In this document: positions 19,850 through 29,511 of the stretch, piece after piece
How positions within the stretch are numbered: the first letter of the stretch is position 1
Layout of the letters: each line of letters opens with the position of its first letter
From: Aeromicrobium sp.
GTDB lineage: Bacteria; Actinomycetota; Actinomycetes; Propionibacteriales; Nocardioidaceae
Length of the DNA stretch: 64,000 nucleotides
Direction of reading: 5' to 3'
Assembly: GCA_008017265.1 (NCBI GenBank)
Contig: SSHC01000022.1
Span: 3,194-67,193 of the forward strand
Made by a program: the position numbers and the translations under genes
The notes under the pieces: generated by a model
The model's input: the letters and a program-made list of their open reading frames with translations, nothing else
What the model was told of the DNA's origin: nothing
Database searches by the model: none

Positions 19850-19865
19850 AGTGATCGCACTCACA
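19850..19865. promoter_or_regulatory. CRP/GlxR-like site
   Basis: AGTGA-TCGCAC-TCACA upstream of the surface protein gene. Confidence 0.55.
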
Positions 19866-19935
19866 CTTCCGTTGTGGCTGCCAGCCGCGACAAAAATACA
19901 GTGCAACATGATTGATTCAAAGGGGAGTCAGAAGG

Positions 19936-21075
19936 ATGATTTTTTCGACTGGAGATCGCGCCAAGCGCGTGCTCGCGAGCACCGCGAGTTTGGCGCTCGC
20001 AGCAGGCGGCTTGTTCGTCATGGCAGCTGCCCCAGCCCAAGCGGCCAGTGGCACGTTGAACTACACGTGTCAGACGAGCCTTGGTGAGAAGACGTTCACT
20101 GCGGTTGTCTCCACCAACTTGCCAGCAACCATGATTGAAGGTTCGTCTTTTACGCCGACCGTTTCGGCGACGGTCGACGTTCCGCAATCGGTCACGAACC
20201 CGCTGTATTTCTTTGGCTGGAACAACGCAAAAGGTACGTCGGTTGCCACCTCGTTGATCAACGGGACTCCAGTTGATGTGAATCTCACGTTCCCTGTCAC
20301 GGGCTTCAATAACTCTGATAAGCCGCTTGTCATTCAGGCGTCCGGCGCGGCGGACAACCCGATTGTTGCTGGTGCTGCCGGTACATCGATCGTTGTTGAA
20401 GCCTCCAACTTCACTACTTCTGTGCAGTTCGGTAAGGACAACGACGCGAACGCTGTCGAAAACCAGGCCCCATCGTGTGTACTGGACAGTGGCCAGAACG
20501 CTGTTGTGAACACAGTCCAGGTTGTCTCGGCAACTCCTGATCCAGAACCAGAACCAGAACCAGGTCCGGTTCAAGTTACCGTTGGATCCGACATCGTGGC
20601 GGGCACTGACCTCCCGGTTTCGTTCTCCGAATCGGCTAACGGTCGGACCTTCGGTTTTGAACTGGAAGAGGGCAGCCAATTGCCTAGCGGTGCTCCAATC
20701 GGCTCGAACGGAGTCGCAGCGGCGGCCCCACCGGCGTTCCCACTCTGGTTGGGTCAACAAACAATCTCGAACGGTCAAGCAAATGTCGCTATTCCGAGCA
20801 ATGTGCCACAAGGCCAGTACACGCTCGTGGTATGGGAAATTCTGGCCGATGGACGCGCGTTTGTGAGCGGCTCGCCGCTGAATATCGCTGCTGCGGCCGT
20901 TGAAGTTCCTGAGGCCCCGATCGACAACGTCGGGGACGACGATGAGGCAACCGGAGACGGACAACTCGAACGCACTGACGGCGCAACGAACCTACTGCCA
21001 GCGTTAGGTGTCCTCGCGATGGCTACAGGCGGTGCAGCGCTAGTGCTGCGTCGTCGTTTCGGACAAAGCATCTGA
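19936..21075 (+). CDS. Secreted/cell-surface protein, DUF6801-like N-terminal domain, C-terminal anchor
   Basis: Signal peptide ending AAPAQA, TLNYTC..C beta domain, PEPEPEP linker, second beta domain, acidic linker, LERTDG + hydrophobic helix + RRR tail. Confidence 0.75.
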   Translation: MIFSTGDRAKRVLASTASLALAAGGLFVMAAAPAQAASGTLNYTCQTSLGEKTFTAVVSTNLPATMIEGSSFTPTVSATVDVPQSVTNPLYFFGWNNAKGTSVATSLINGTPVDVNLTFPVTGFNNSDKPLVIQASGAADNPIVAGAAGTSIVVEASNFTTSVQFGKDNDANAVENQAPSCVLDSGQNAVVNTVQVVSATPDPEPEPEPGPVQVTVGSDIVAGTDLPVSFSESANGRTFGFELEEGSQLPSGAPIGSNGVAAAAPPAFPLWLGQQTISNGQANVAIPSNVPQGQYTLVVWEILADGRAFVSGSPLNIAAAAVEVPEAPIDNVGDDDEATGDGQLERTDGATNLLPALGVLAMATGGAALVLRRRFGQSI

Positions 21076-21116
21076 TTCGGGAATCAGGGCGCGCCTGAAC
21101 CGAAGGTGCTAGATCG

Positions 21117-21152
21117 CGTGTGGGGCCGGCCAACCTTGGCTGGCCCCACACG
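21117..21152 (+). terminator. Hairpin terminator
   Basis: CGTGTGGGGCCGGCCAA / TTGGCTGGCCCCACACG stem after the surface protein gene. Confidence 0.7.
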
Positions 21153-21188
21153 TGTGTCTCAAGGCAGTTCTCGCGTTAGGCTCCAGGT

Positions 21189-21563
21189 GTGAGCCAACAC
21201 GACGATCAGGCGGTAGAACTAGCCCATCGACTCTTCGACGCGGCGAGAAACGGTGATGCAGACGCCGTCGGTGCATTCGTGGCAGCGGGGGCACCAGTCG
21301 ACATGCAAGATGCCCAGGGCAACACCATGCTCATGCTCGCTAGCTATCACGGCCAAGCAGCCGTTGTCGACGTGCTTATTGCGGCAGGCGCCAATGTTGA
21401 CCTCGCGAATGATCGTGGGCAAAGTCCGTTGGCCGGGGCCGTGTTCAAAGACGAGACTGAAATCGTGTCGGTCTTGATTGCTGCCGGGGCAGACCCAGAC
21501 GCAGGCACGCCAACGGCGCGCGAAACAGCCGCAATGTTTGGGCGCAATTCGTTATTCAACTAA
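21189..21563 (+). CDS. Small ankyrin-repeat protein
   Basis: GNTMLMLASYHG and GQSPLAGAVFK repeats. Confidence 0.88.
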   Translation: MSQHDDQAVELAHRLFDAARNGDADAVGAFVAAGAPVDMQDAQGNTMLMLASYHGQAAVVDVLIAAGANVDLANDRGQSPLAGAVFKDETEIVSVLIAAGADPDAGTPTARETAAMFGRNSLFN

Positions 21564-21596
21564 ACGAAGGTGCACCACCGGCGTGGAGTCGGATTG

Positions 21597-22142
21597 TCAG
21601 AAACTGAGTCCAAGATGTGCGAGTGCTTGTTTCACGAGGAATCCGCGTCCGCCATCGAAATCATCGAGAACTCGAGGATCTGAAATATCCTCGGGTGTCA
21701 TCCACATCAATTCGAGAGCGTCTTGGCGAGGCGCGCACTCGCCAGCCACCGGAACGATATAGACGAGCGCGACAGCGTGCTGTCGCGAATCATGTAGCGG
21801 CGACAGCCCGGGTAACGGGAAGTATTCGGCCACAGTGAACGGAACGATGTCGGCGCTCAGTTGCGGGAAAGCCGTCGGCCCCAAGTCCTTCTCGAGGTTT
21901 CGCATCAGAGCGGAGCGCACTGACTCGCCGTGCAGAACGCGCCCAGAAATGAACGAATGATTCAGTTCGCCGGTGCTTGCAGAACCACGAAGAAGCACAC
22001 CGATCCGGTCGACTCGGCCAAGGTCATCGATTTGTACCGGAATCGCCTCAACATAAAGAATCGGAACTCGCGCGCGGGTCTCCTCGAGTTGGAATTCAGG
22101 AAGCCAGCCAGGATTTGGGTCAGGAGTGCGAACCGAAGGCAT
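21597..22142 (-). CDS. NUDIX-like protein, DUF4916
   Basis: MPSVRTPDPNPGWL, SGRVLHGESVRSALMRNLEKDLG, HDSRQHAVAL. Confidence 0.8.
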   Translation of the reverse strand: MPSVRTPDPNPGWLPEFQLEETRARVPILYVEAIPVQIDDLGRVDRIGVLLRGSASTGELNHSFISGRVLHGESVRSALMRNLEKDLGPTAFPQLSADIVPFTVAEYFPLPGLSPLHDSRQHAVALVYIVPVAGECAPRQDALELMWMTPEDISDPRVLDDFDGGRGFLVKQALAHLGLSF

Positions 22143-22271
22143 GTCTCTAGTGTGACGCATGAAGCCATGCGTTGGGGAGATCCGCGGCGAATCGACGGTT
22201 GCCATGTTGTGACAGTCGCGATTCAAACCGCGTGAGTTGTTCGCCCCAAGAGCGAGTAGTGTGGTGCTCAC

Positions 22272-22364
22272 ATGACAGGGGAGCGCCACCGCAGAGGGCG
22301 CTGAGAGTGCGGATCCGCCGCAGACCCTAGAACCTGCTCCGGTTAGTACCGGCGAAGGGAGTCT
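22272..22364 (+). ncRNA. TPP riboswitch
   Basis: GGGGAGC..GCTGAGA..GACCC.AGAACCTG..CCGGTTAGTACCGGCGAAGGGAG THI-box consensus directly upstream of a thiamine ABC operon. Confidence 0.93.
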
Positions 22365-22367
22365 TTA

Positions 22368-23423
22368 ATGAATTCTGCATGGAAATATATCGGTGTTGCG
22401 TGTGCTTCGGTGGCGCTTATTGCTACGGCTGGTTGTTCAACCGGGGGTGACAAGTCGAGCGACAAGGCGAGCAATGACGTTGTTTTGCTGACGCACGATT
22501 CGTACGCGGTGCCCAAGGAACTCGTCAAAGAGTTTGAAAAAGAAAACAACATCAAACTGGTGCATCGAGCGGTGGGGGACGCGGGCTCCTTGACCAACCG
22601 GCTTGTGTTGACCAAAGACGACCCCACTGGTGATGTGGTCTTTGGCGTGGATAACACTTTTGCGTCCCGAGCACTCGATGAAGGAGTCTTCGCGAGCAAC
22701 GACGTGACTTTGCCGTTGGGAGCCGAGGGGTACCTGATCACGGGTGCAGAGAAAAAGCTCGCGCCGATCAACACGGCAAGCGTGTGCGTCAACATCGACA
22801 AGACCTGGTTCGCAGACAAGAAGTTGGCTGAACCAAAGACTTTGGAAGACCTTACGGATGTGAAATACCGCGATCTGTTTGTGGCGCCCAGTGCGACCAC
22901 ATCGTCGCCAGGCTTGGCATTCATGCTCACCACGACTGCGGCTTTCGGTGACGACTGGCCACAATACTGGGAACGACTGATGGCGAACGGCGCAAAATTG
23001 ACCAGCGGTTGGTCCGATGCGTATTACGTCGAATTCACTCAAGGTGGCGAGAAGGGCAAGCGTCCGATCGTGCTCTCCTACGACACCTCACCGGCGTTCA
23101 CCCTGAACGATGAGGGTACTGAATCCACAACAGCAGCGCTGCTCGACACCTGTTTCCGTCAAGTGGAATACGCCGGAGTGCTCAAAGGCGCGAAGAACCC
23201 TGAGGGCGCCGCCAAAGTGATTGAGTTCTTGTTGTCCGAAGAGGTGCAGGCTGCGATCCCCGATTCGATGTACGTCTTCGGTGTGCGTGACGATGTCGAG
23301 TTGCCAGAAGCCTGGGCGAAGTTCGCGGTGCAACCGACCAAGACCTTCGATGTTACGCCAGATGAGATTGCCAAGAACCGGTCCGATTGGTTGAAGACCT
23401 GGACTGACGTCACCTCAAAGTGA
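22368..23423 (+). CDS. thiB: Thiamine ABC transporter substrate-binding lipoprotein
   Basis: Lipobox TAGC, THDSY, FGVDNT, TSSPGLAF, GWSDAYY, CFRQVEYAG. Confidence 0.92.
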   Translation: MNSAWKYIGVACASVALIATAGCSTGGDKSSDKASNDVVLLTHDSYAVPKELVKEFEKENNIKLVHRAVGDAGSLTNRLVLTKDDPTGDVVFGVDNTFASRALDEGVFASNDVTLPLGAEGYLITGAEKKLAPINTASVCVNIDKTWFADKKLAEPKTLEDLTDVKYRDLFVAPSATTSSPGLAFMLTTTAAFGDDWPQYWERLMANGAKLTSGWSDAYYVEFTQGGEKGKRPIVLSYDTSPAFTLNDEGTESTTAALLDTCFRQVEYAGVLKGAKNPEGAAKVIEFLLSEEVQAAIPDSMYVFGVRDDVELPEAWAKFAVQPTKTFDVTPDEIAKNRSDWLKTWTDVTSK

Positions 23424-23430
23424 CGACACC

Positions 23431-25083
23431 ATGACGCGCCCGGCGGGTTCGATGAAACGCATCGCGGTACTTGCGGCCTGGAGTATTGCTCCGGTCGTGG
23501 TGCTCATCGCGTTCTTCATCGTTCCCGTCGGCGCGATGCTGGTGCAGGGTTTTTGGCCGGCTGGCAGGTTCGACCCGGCGGGGGTTGCTGAGGTTTTCAC
23601 TCGGCCACGAACGCTGCGAGTAATCGGTTTTACGGTGTGGTCTGCGGGGCTCACCACCGTCATCACGGTGGCATTGGGCGTGCCGAGCGCGCGGCTTCTG
23701 TATGGAACCCTCTGGCCCGGGCGGCGAACAGTTGCAGCGCTCTTTTTGGTTCCGTTCGTCTTGCCTACCGTGGTGGTTGGCGTGGCGTTTCGTCTGCTGC
23801 TGTCGGAGTCGGGGTTGTTCGGTTTTTTGGGTCTCGACGGTAGCGCCACGGCGATCGTTCTGGCGATGGTGTTCTTCAATATCAGTGTCGTGGTGCGGAT
23901 CGTGGGTATCGCGTGGGAGAACCGTGACCCAAGGCTTGCCGAGGCAGCAGCAACTTTGGGTGCGAATCGCCTCCAAGTGTTCCGGACCGTCACGGTGCCC
24001 ACACTCGCGCCGGCGGTCGCGGCCGCGGCGAGCGTCGTGTTCCTGTTCGCGGCCACGGCCTTTGGCGTCGTGTTGACTTTGGGCGGACTGCGCTATTCGA
24101 CGGTCGAGACCGAGATCTATTTGCTCACGGTGACTCACCTCGATTTGCAGGGCGCAGCGGCACTGTCCATTGTGCAGTTGTTGATCGTGGTGATTTTGAT
24201 GGTGGCCAGCGCCCGAGTCGGGCGGTCGCGGGCCCCGAAGAGTCGAGTGCGCGTCTCGCCTCGCCCAGTCCACTGGCGAGACGCCCCCGCAGCCGCGTGT
24301 TTGGTGGCCGCTTTTGCCCTCATTGCAGCACCGCTCCTAGCGCTAACAACGCGGGCCGTGCGGTTCGAGGGAACGTGGTCGTTGGAGTATTTCCGTCGGC
24401 TAGCGGCTGCAGACGAAGACCCCAGCATCGGGGTTTCGCTCGGTGAGGCGCTGTCGACGTCGGTGCGGGTCGCGATCGATGCGACGCTGCTCGCCGTGGT
24501 GTTGGGCTTATGGATCGCTCTGCTCGTGACTAGGCGTCCCCGCACCTCGGGTGAACGTCGGTTGCTGGGCGGGATCGATGCCATGTTCATCTTGCCCTTG
24601 GGTGTTTCGGCGGTCACCTTAGGTTTCGGGTTTCTCATCGCACTCAACCGGCCGCCTTTGGATTTTCGAGATTCGGGACTGCTGGTTCCCATCGCGCAAG
24701 CGCTCGTAGCGTTACCGCTGGTGGTGCGCACCCTGACTCCCGTGTTGCGAGGAATTGACGAACGATTGCGAGAGGCCGCCACCTCGCTGGGCGCAAGCCC
24801 GCGTCAGGTGATCGCGACGATCGATCTGCCGCGTGTGGGCCGCCCACTGGTTGCCGCAGCGGGATTCGCTTTTGCGGTGTCGATGGGCGAGTTCGGTGCC
24901 ACCTCGTTCATTGCCCGAGCCGACAGTCCCACGTTGCCGCTGTTGATTTACCGGCTGATTGGGCGGCCCGGCGAAGGGCATCTCGCGATGGCCGCAGCGG
25001 CAGCTCTGGTGTTGGCGTTGGTCATCATGGTGGTGGTTGTGGTTACTGATCGGGCCCACGAGCGAGGAGTCGTGCAATGGTGA
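23431..25083 (+). CDS. thiP: Thiamine ABC transporter permease
   Basis: Two EAA motifs (EAAATLGA, EAATSLGA), SMGEFGAT, about 12 TM segments. Confidence 0.9.
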   Translation: MTRPAGSMKRIAVLAAWSIAPVVVLIAFFIVPVGAMLVQGFWPAGRFDPAGVAEVFTRPRTLRVIGFTVWSAGLTTVITVALGVPSARLLYGTLWPGRRTVAALFLVPFVLPTVVVGVAFRLLLSESGLFGFLGLDGSATAIVLAMVFFNISVVVRIVGIAWENRDPRLAEAAATLGANRLQVFRTVTVPTLAPAVAAAASVVFLFAATAFGVVLTLGGLRYSTVETEIYLLTVTHLDLQGAAALSIVQLLIVVILMVASARVGRSRAPKSRVRVSPRPVHWRDAPAAACLVAAFALIAAPLLALTTRAVRFEGTWSLEYFRRLAAADEDPSIGVSLGEALSTSVRVAIDATLLAVVLGLWIALLVTRRPRTSGERRLLGGIDAMFILPLGVSAVTLGFGFLIALNRPPLDFRDSGLLVPIAQALVALPLVVRTLTPVLRGIDERLREAATSLGASPRQVIATIDLPRVGRPLVAAAGFAFAVSMGEFGATSFIARADSPTLPLLIYRLIGRPGEGHLAMAAAAALVLALVIMVVVVVTDRAHERGVVQW

Positions 25084-26099
25084 ATCGAGTGAGTGCCGAG
25101 GTCGAGGTGGCGAACCTTTCGGTGAATTTCGGCACGAAACGAGCGGTTCGTGACGTCAACCTCACGGTCGAGCCCGGCCAAGTGACGGCTGTTCTCGGGC
25201 CGTCCGGTTGCGGGAAGTCTACGTTGTTGCGAACCATTGCCGGCCTGACCGAACCGAGCGAAGGCATGGTTCTCGTCAACGGCGCCGATCAACGCGGGGT
25301 TCCGGCTCACAGGCGAGGTTCCGTCTTGCTATTCCAAGATGGGCAATTGTTTGACCACCGGAGCGTGGCCGAGAACGTCGGTTATGCATTGAAAATTCGG
25401 CGCGTGCCGCGCGAACAGGCGGGCCAGCGTGTTGCCGAACTGTTGGAACTCGTGGGTCTAGGTGAGATGGCCGATCGGTCGCCCGCGACGCTCTCGGGCG
25501 GTGAACGCCAGCGGATCGCATTGGCGCGCGCGCTCGCGGCAGATCCACAGGTGCTCTTGCTCGACGAGCCACTGTCGGCCTTGGACCGCGAACTGCGCAG
25601 CAGACTGGCCGACGATCTAGCGCGAATCGTGCGTGATGCGGGAGTCACCACGATCGTGGTGACTCACGATCACGACGAAGCCTTCGTGCTGGCAGATCAT
25701 GTTGCGCTGATGCGCGAAGGCCAGATCGTTCAAGCTGGCCCCCTCGCCGAAGTGTGGGGTTCGCCGAAAGACGAGTGGGCCGCTGGCTTTTTGGGGTACG
25801 ACCAAGTGCTCGATGGTGCGGCGGCGCAGGCGGTTACCGACGGTGTGGGTCGCTCGTTCACGGCAGGCGGGCGGTTGGCGGCGCGCGCGTCTGCTTTCGT
25901 GACCGATTCGCAAGGTGACTACTCGGCGACCGTGACTCTAGTGCGACGCGTTTCGGCAACACACGTGACCCTTGACCTTGACTGCGAGGCCTCGTTGGGG
26001 CACGTTGTTGGCGTCGTCGGACGAGGCGAACAGGTTCCACACGCGGGAGACCGCGTGCAGGTCTCGATCGATCAGGCTCATATCGCGCCAATCGGCTGA
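25077..26099 (+). CDS. thiQ: ABC transporter ATP-binding protein (thiamine)
   Basis: GPSGCGKS, LSGGERQR, LLLDEP, VTHD. Confidence 0.88.
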   Translation: MVNRVSAEVEVANLSVNFGTKRAVRDVNLTVEPGQVTAVLGPSGCGKSTLLRTIAGLTEPSEGMVLVNGADQRGVPAHRRGSVLLFQDGQLFDHRSVAENVGYALKIRRVPREQAGQRVAELLELVGLGEMADRSPATLSGGERQRIALARALAADPQVLLLDEPLSALDRELRSRLADDLARIVRDAGVTTIVVTHDHDEAFVLADHVALMREGQIVQAGPLAEVWGSPKDEWAAGFLGYDQVLDGAAAQAVTDGVGRSFTAGGRLAARASAFVTDSQGDYSATVTLVRRVSATHVTLDLDCEASLGHVVGVVGRGEQVPHAGDRVQVSIDQAHIAPIG

Positions 26100-26177
26100 T
26101 TCACGTCTCGTCGAACTACCGGCGAACTCGTTTGAGGCGATGGGTGGCGCGTGGCACCTTGGCGCGGTAAGGTGCTC

Positions 26178-26195
26178 ACTAAGCAAGCGCTTAGT
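26178..26195. promoter_or_regulatory. Palindromic operator (TetR-type) upstream of the MaoC-ACAD-SDR operon
   Basis: ACTAAGC-AAGC-GCTTAGT perfect 7-bp inverted repeat about 25 bp before the ATG. Confidence 0.6.
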
Positions 26196-26219
26196 TGATC
26201 TTAGTTCAAGGAGTACCCC

Positions 26220-26678
26220 ATGGGACGCACGTTCGAAAACCTCGAGGAATTCAAAGCCGCCGCTGGCGAAGAACTCGGAACCAGCGACTGGATCGAGGTA
26301 ACGCAAGAGAAGATCAACCTCTTCGCAGACTCCACCGGAGACCACCAGTGGATTCACGTCGATCCCGAAATGGCCGCGAAAGGCCCGTTTGGCGGAACCA
26401 TCGCCCACGGCTACTTCACCCTCTCGTTGCTGCCTGTCATCGCCGAACAGGCCTACTCAGTCGGCAATCTGATCATGGGCCTCAACTACGGAGCCAACAA
26501 AGTCCGCTACCCGCACCCCGTGTTGGTCGGCAAGCGCGTCCGCGGCACGGCCACCCTTATCGAGACCGCTGAAATCGCCATCGGCACCCAGGCAACCATC
26601 AAGTTCGTCATCGAAATCGAAGGCGTCGACAAGCCAGCCTGTGTCGCTGAAGTGCTGTATGTGATGAAGGGCATCTGA
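26220..26678 (+). CDS. MaoC-family (R)-enoyl-CoA hydratase
   Basis: [29 protein letters not shown]. Confidence 0.92.
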   Translation: MGRTFENLEEFKAAAGEELGTSDWIEVTQEKINLFADSTGDHQWIHVDPEMAAKGPFGGTIAHGYFTLSLLPVIAEQAYSVGNLIMGLNYGANKVRYPHPVLVGKRVRGTATLIETAEIAIGTQATIKFVIEIEGVDKPACVAEVLYVMKGI

Positions 26679-26679
26679 C

Positions 26680-27912
26680 ATGCATTTCGGGCATGACGAC
26701 ACCACCTTGGAATTCATTGAACGCCTCAACGGGTTCATGGCCGAGCATGTGTATCCGGCCGAAGCTACTGCCCGCGAACAGATTCACGCCAATGTCGCGA
26801 ACGATTCGTGGGAGATTCCCGCCGTTATCAGTGACCTCAAAATCGAGGCCCAATCGCGCGGCCTGTGGAACTTGTTCTTGCCGGGCGAGGGCGGGGCAGG
26901 GCTCACGAACCTGCAGTACGCGCCCCTCGCCGAGATTATGGGACGAAGCATCCAACTGGCCCCACCTGCCACCAACTGCGCGGCTCCAGACACCGGCAAC
27001 ATGGAAGTGCTCAATGAGTTCGGCACCGATGCGCAAAAGGAACAATGGCTCAAGCCGCTAATGGCCGGCGAAATTCGTTCCGCATTCGCGATGACCGAGC
27101 CGGAGGTAGCCAGTTCGGACGCCACCAACATCGAAACATCGATCGTGCGCGATGGCGACGAATACGTGATCAACGGACGCAAATGGTGGACCACAGGAGC
27201 GCTCAACCCGAACGCCAAAGTCTTCATCCTGATGGGCAAGACCGACCCCAACGCTTCACGCCACCGACAGCAGTCGATGATCCTCGTGCCACGCGATACG
27301 CCCGGGGTTGACGTGCTGCGAGGCATGCATGTCTTTGGCTATCACGATCGCGATCACGGCGGACACGGTGAAGTACTTTTCGACAACGTGCGCGTGCCGG
27401 TTTCGAACCTCATCGCTAACGAAGGCGACGGTTTTGCGATCGCGCAAGCACGGCTCGGGCCAGGACGCATCCACCACTGCATGCGTTCGATCGGTATCGC
27501 TGAACGCGCCATCGAACTCATGTGTCAGCGCGCCAACGAACGCGTTGCGTTCGGTAAACCCCTGGCCAGCCAAGGCGTGGTGCGCGAATGGGTCGCGGAA
27601 TCGCGTGTGCGCCTCGAGCAGTTGCGCTTGCTGGTGCTCAAAACTGCCTGGCTCATGGACACGGTTGGTAACAAAGGCGCACACACCGAGATCCAAGCCA
27701 TCAAGATCGCTACGCCAACGACGGTCCAGTGGATCCTCGACAAAGCCATCCAAGTACATGGTGGCGGTGGAATCAGCCAAGACTTCCCACTCGCCGAGTG
27801 GTACGCAGGAATCCGCACACTGAGGTTCGCCGACGGCCCCGACGAAGTTCACAAGATGGCACTCGGTCGCCACGAACTCAAACGCCACGAATTCAATAAG
27901 GGGGCGAAGTAG
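26680..27912 (+). CDS. Acyl-CoA dehydrogenase (ACAD10/11, FadE1-like)
   Basis: [47 protein letters not shown]. Confidence 0.92.
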   Translation: MHFGHDDTTLEFIERLNGFMAEHVYPAEATAREQIHANVANDSWEIPAVISDLKIEAQSRGLWNLFLPGEGGAGLTNLQYAPLAEIMGRSIQLAPPATNCAAPDTGNMEVLNEFGTDAQKEQWLKPLMAGEIRSAFAMTEPEVASSDATNIETSIVRDGDEYVINGRKWWTTGALNPNAKVFILMGKTDPNASRHRQQSMILVPRDTPGVDVLRGMHVFGYHDRDHGGHGEVLFDNVRVPVSNLIANEGDGFAIAQARLGPGRIHHCMRSIGIAERAIELMCQRANERVAFGKPLASQGVVREWVAESRVRLEQLRLLVLKTAWLMDTVGNKGAHTEIQAIKIATPTTVQWILDKAIQVHGGGGISQDFPLAEWYAGIRTLRFADGPDEVHKMALGRHELKRHEFNKGAK

Positions 27913-28706
27913 TGTCGGCCCGCCGAACTGTCGTGACGGGTGCTGCTGGCGGTATCGGACTCGCGCTCGTTGAAGCACTGATCGCACGCGGCGATCGGGT
28001 TGTTGCGGCGGATATTGATGCCGAACGTCTCGCCGAAGTAGGCGAACGGCTCAACATTCCCGTCTGGGCTGGCGACGTCGCTTCGGAGTCAGGGGTCGCT
28101 GATCTCATCGCTTTCGCAGACGCGCAATTGGGCGGCGTCGACGCCTACTTCGCCAACGCGGGAGTCTTTCGTGGGGCGGGCCTTCAAGCAAGCGAGGACG
28201 ACTGGAGCCTGTCGCTCGACGTCAATCTGATGGCTCACGTGCGTGCCGCGAAACAACTTGTTTCGCGTTGGTCGCCAGAAAGCCCTGGTGTATTCGCAGT
28301 GACTGCCTCGGCTGCTGGCCTACTCACCCAACTGGGCTCGCCCACGTACTCAGCCACAAAACACGCAGCCGTCGGGTTCGCCGAATGGCTCGCGGCCACC
28401 TACGGCGATCGGGGCGTTCACGTGAGTGCGCTATGCCCGATGGGAGTAGCGACACCGATGGCCGAAGCGGGCGAAATGGCAACCGACCCCGACGAGCGGC
28501 TCGGTCACCTCGCGGTGAAAAACGCCGGCGAAGTCGTGACGGCAACCGACGCCGCAGCGTGTCTACTCGCGGCGATCGAGGCAGGCACATTCTTAGCGCT
28601 GCCTCACACACAGGTGGCGCAGATGTACCTCAACAGAGCCACCGACACTGACCGCTGGCTTACCGGAATGCAACGGTTCAGGGCATCAATCGAAGCGGGC
28701 TTCTAA
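27912..28706 (+). CDS. SDR family oxidoreductase
   Basis: TGAAGGIG, NAG, YSATK. Confidence 0.9.
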   Translation: MSARRTVVTGAAGGIGLALVEALIARGDRVVAADIDAERLAEVGERLNIPVWAGDVASESGVADLIAFADAQLGGVDAYFANAGVFRGAGLQASEDDWSLSLDVNLMAHVRAAKQLVSRWSPESPGVFAVTASAAGLLTQLGSPTYSATKHAAVGFAEWLAATYGDRGVHVSALCPMGVATPMAEAGEMATDPDERLGHLAVKNAGEVVTATDAAACLLAAIEAGTFLALPHTQVAQMYLNRATDTDRWLTGMQRFRASIEAGF

Positions 28707-28726
28707 CGCCAATTAGGCTGTACCTC

Positions 28727-29497
28727 ATGGCAATCGAACTGCTCAACCCCACACAACTTGACCAGATGCGACCGGCGGGCGCCTTCGTCGCCGAGGTGCT
28801 CACGAAACTCGTCGCCACGGCTGAAGTTGGCATGGATCTGTTGGAGTTCGATGCTCTCGCACACACAATGATCAAAGATCGCGGTGCCGAGTCCTGCTAC
28901 ATCGACTACGCGCCATCGTTCGGACGCGGCCCGTTCGGAAAAGTGCTCTGTACGAGCATTAATGATGCGGTGTTGCATGGGCTCCCGCACAGGTACCGGC
29001 TCAAAGACGGCGACCTTGTCAGTTTCGACTTTGCCGTGAGCGTAGACGGTTGGGTGTGCGACTCGGCCGTCAGCACCATCGTGGGCACACCGCGCGAAGA
29101 AGACAAAAAACTCATCGCCACCACCGAACTCGCGTTGGCGCGCGCGATCGAGGTGGCGCGCCCCGGAAACAAGATCGGCGACATTGGCGCGGTGATTGGT
29201 GAGACTGCCCGCGAAGCCGGTTATTCGGTGAACACCCAGTTCGGTGGCCACGGCGTGGGCCGCACCATGCACGGCGATCCGCACGTTCCCAACGACGGCC
29301 GCGCGGGCCGTGGATTCCCACTCAAGCCGGGACTCGTGATTGCCATCGAACCGTGGTTGCTGGCCAACACGGATGAGATCGTGATGGACCCGGACGGTTG
29401 GACCATCCGCAGCGCCGACGGTTCACGAGGTGCCCACAGCGAACACACGATCGCGATCACCGAGGGTGAGCCGATCGTGATGACCGCCCGCGATTGA
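28727..29497 (+). CDS. map: Type I methionine aminopeptidase
   Basis: CTSINDAVLHGLP, GHGVG..MH, IAIEP, AHSEHT. Confidence 0.93.
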   Translation: MAIELLNPTQLDQMRPAGAFVAEVLTKLVATAEVGMDLLEFDALAHTMIKDRGAESCYIDYAPSFGRGPFGKVLCTSINDAVLHGLPHRYRLKDGDLVSFDFAVSVDGWVCDSAVSTIVGTPREEDKKLIATTELALARAIEVARPGNKIGDIGAVIGETAREAGYSVNTQFGGHGVGRTMHGDPHVPNDGRAGRGFPLKPGLVIAIEPWLLANTDEIVMDPDGWTIRSADGSRGAHSEHTIAITEGEPIVMTARD

Positions 29498-29511
29498 TCT
29501 ACATCATCCAA

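Noticed and set aside
20541-20562. CCAGAA tandem repeat (also the GDGN-coding repeat at about 48877-48923)
   Set aside because: Short in-frame linker-coding repeats, not CRISPR or phase-variation tracts.
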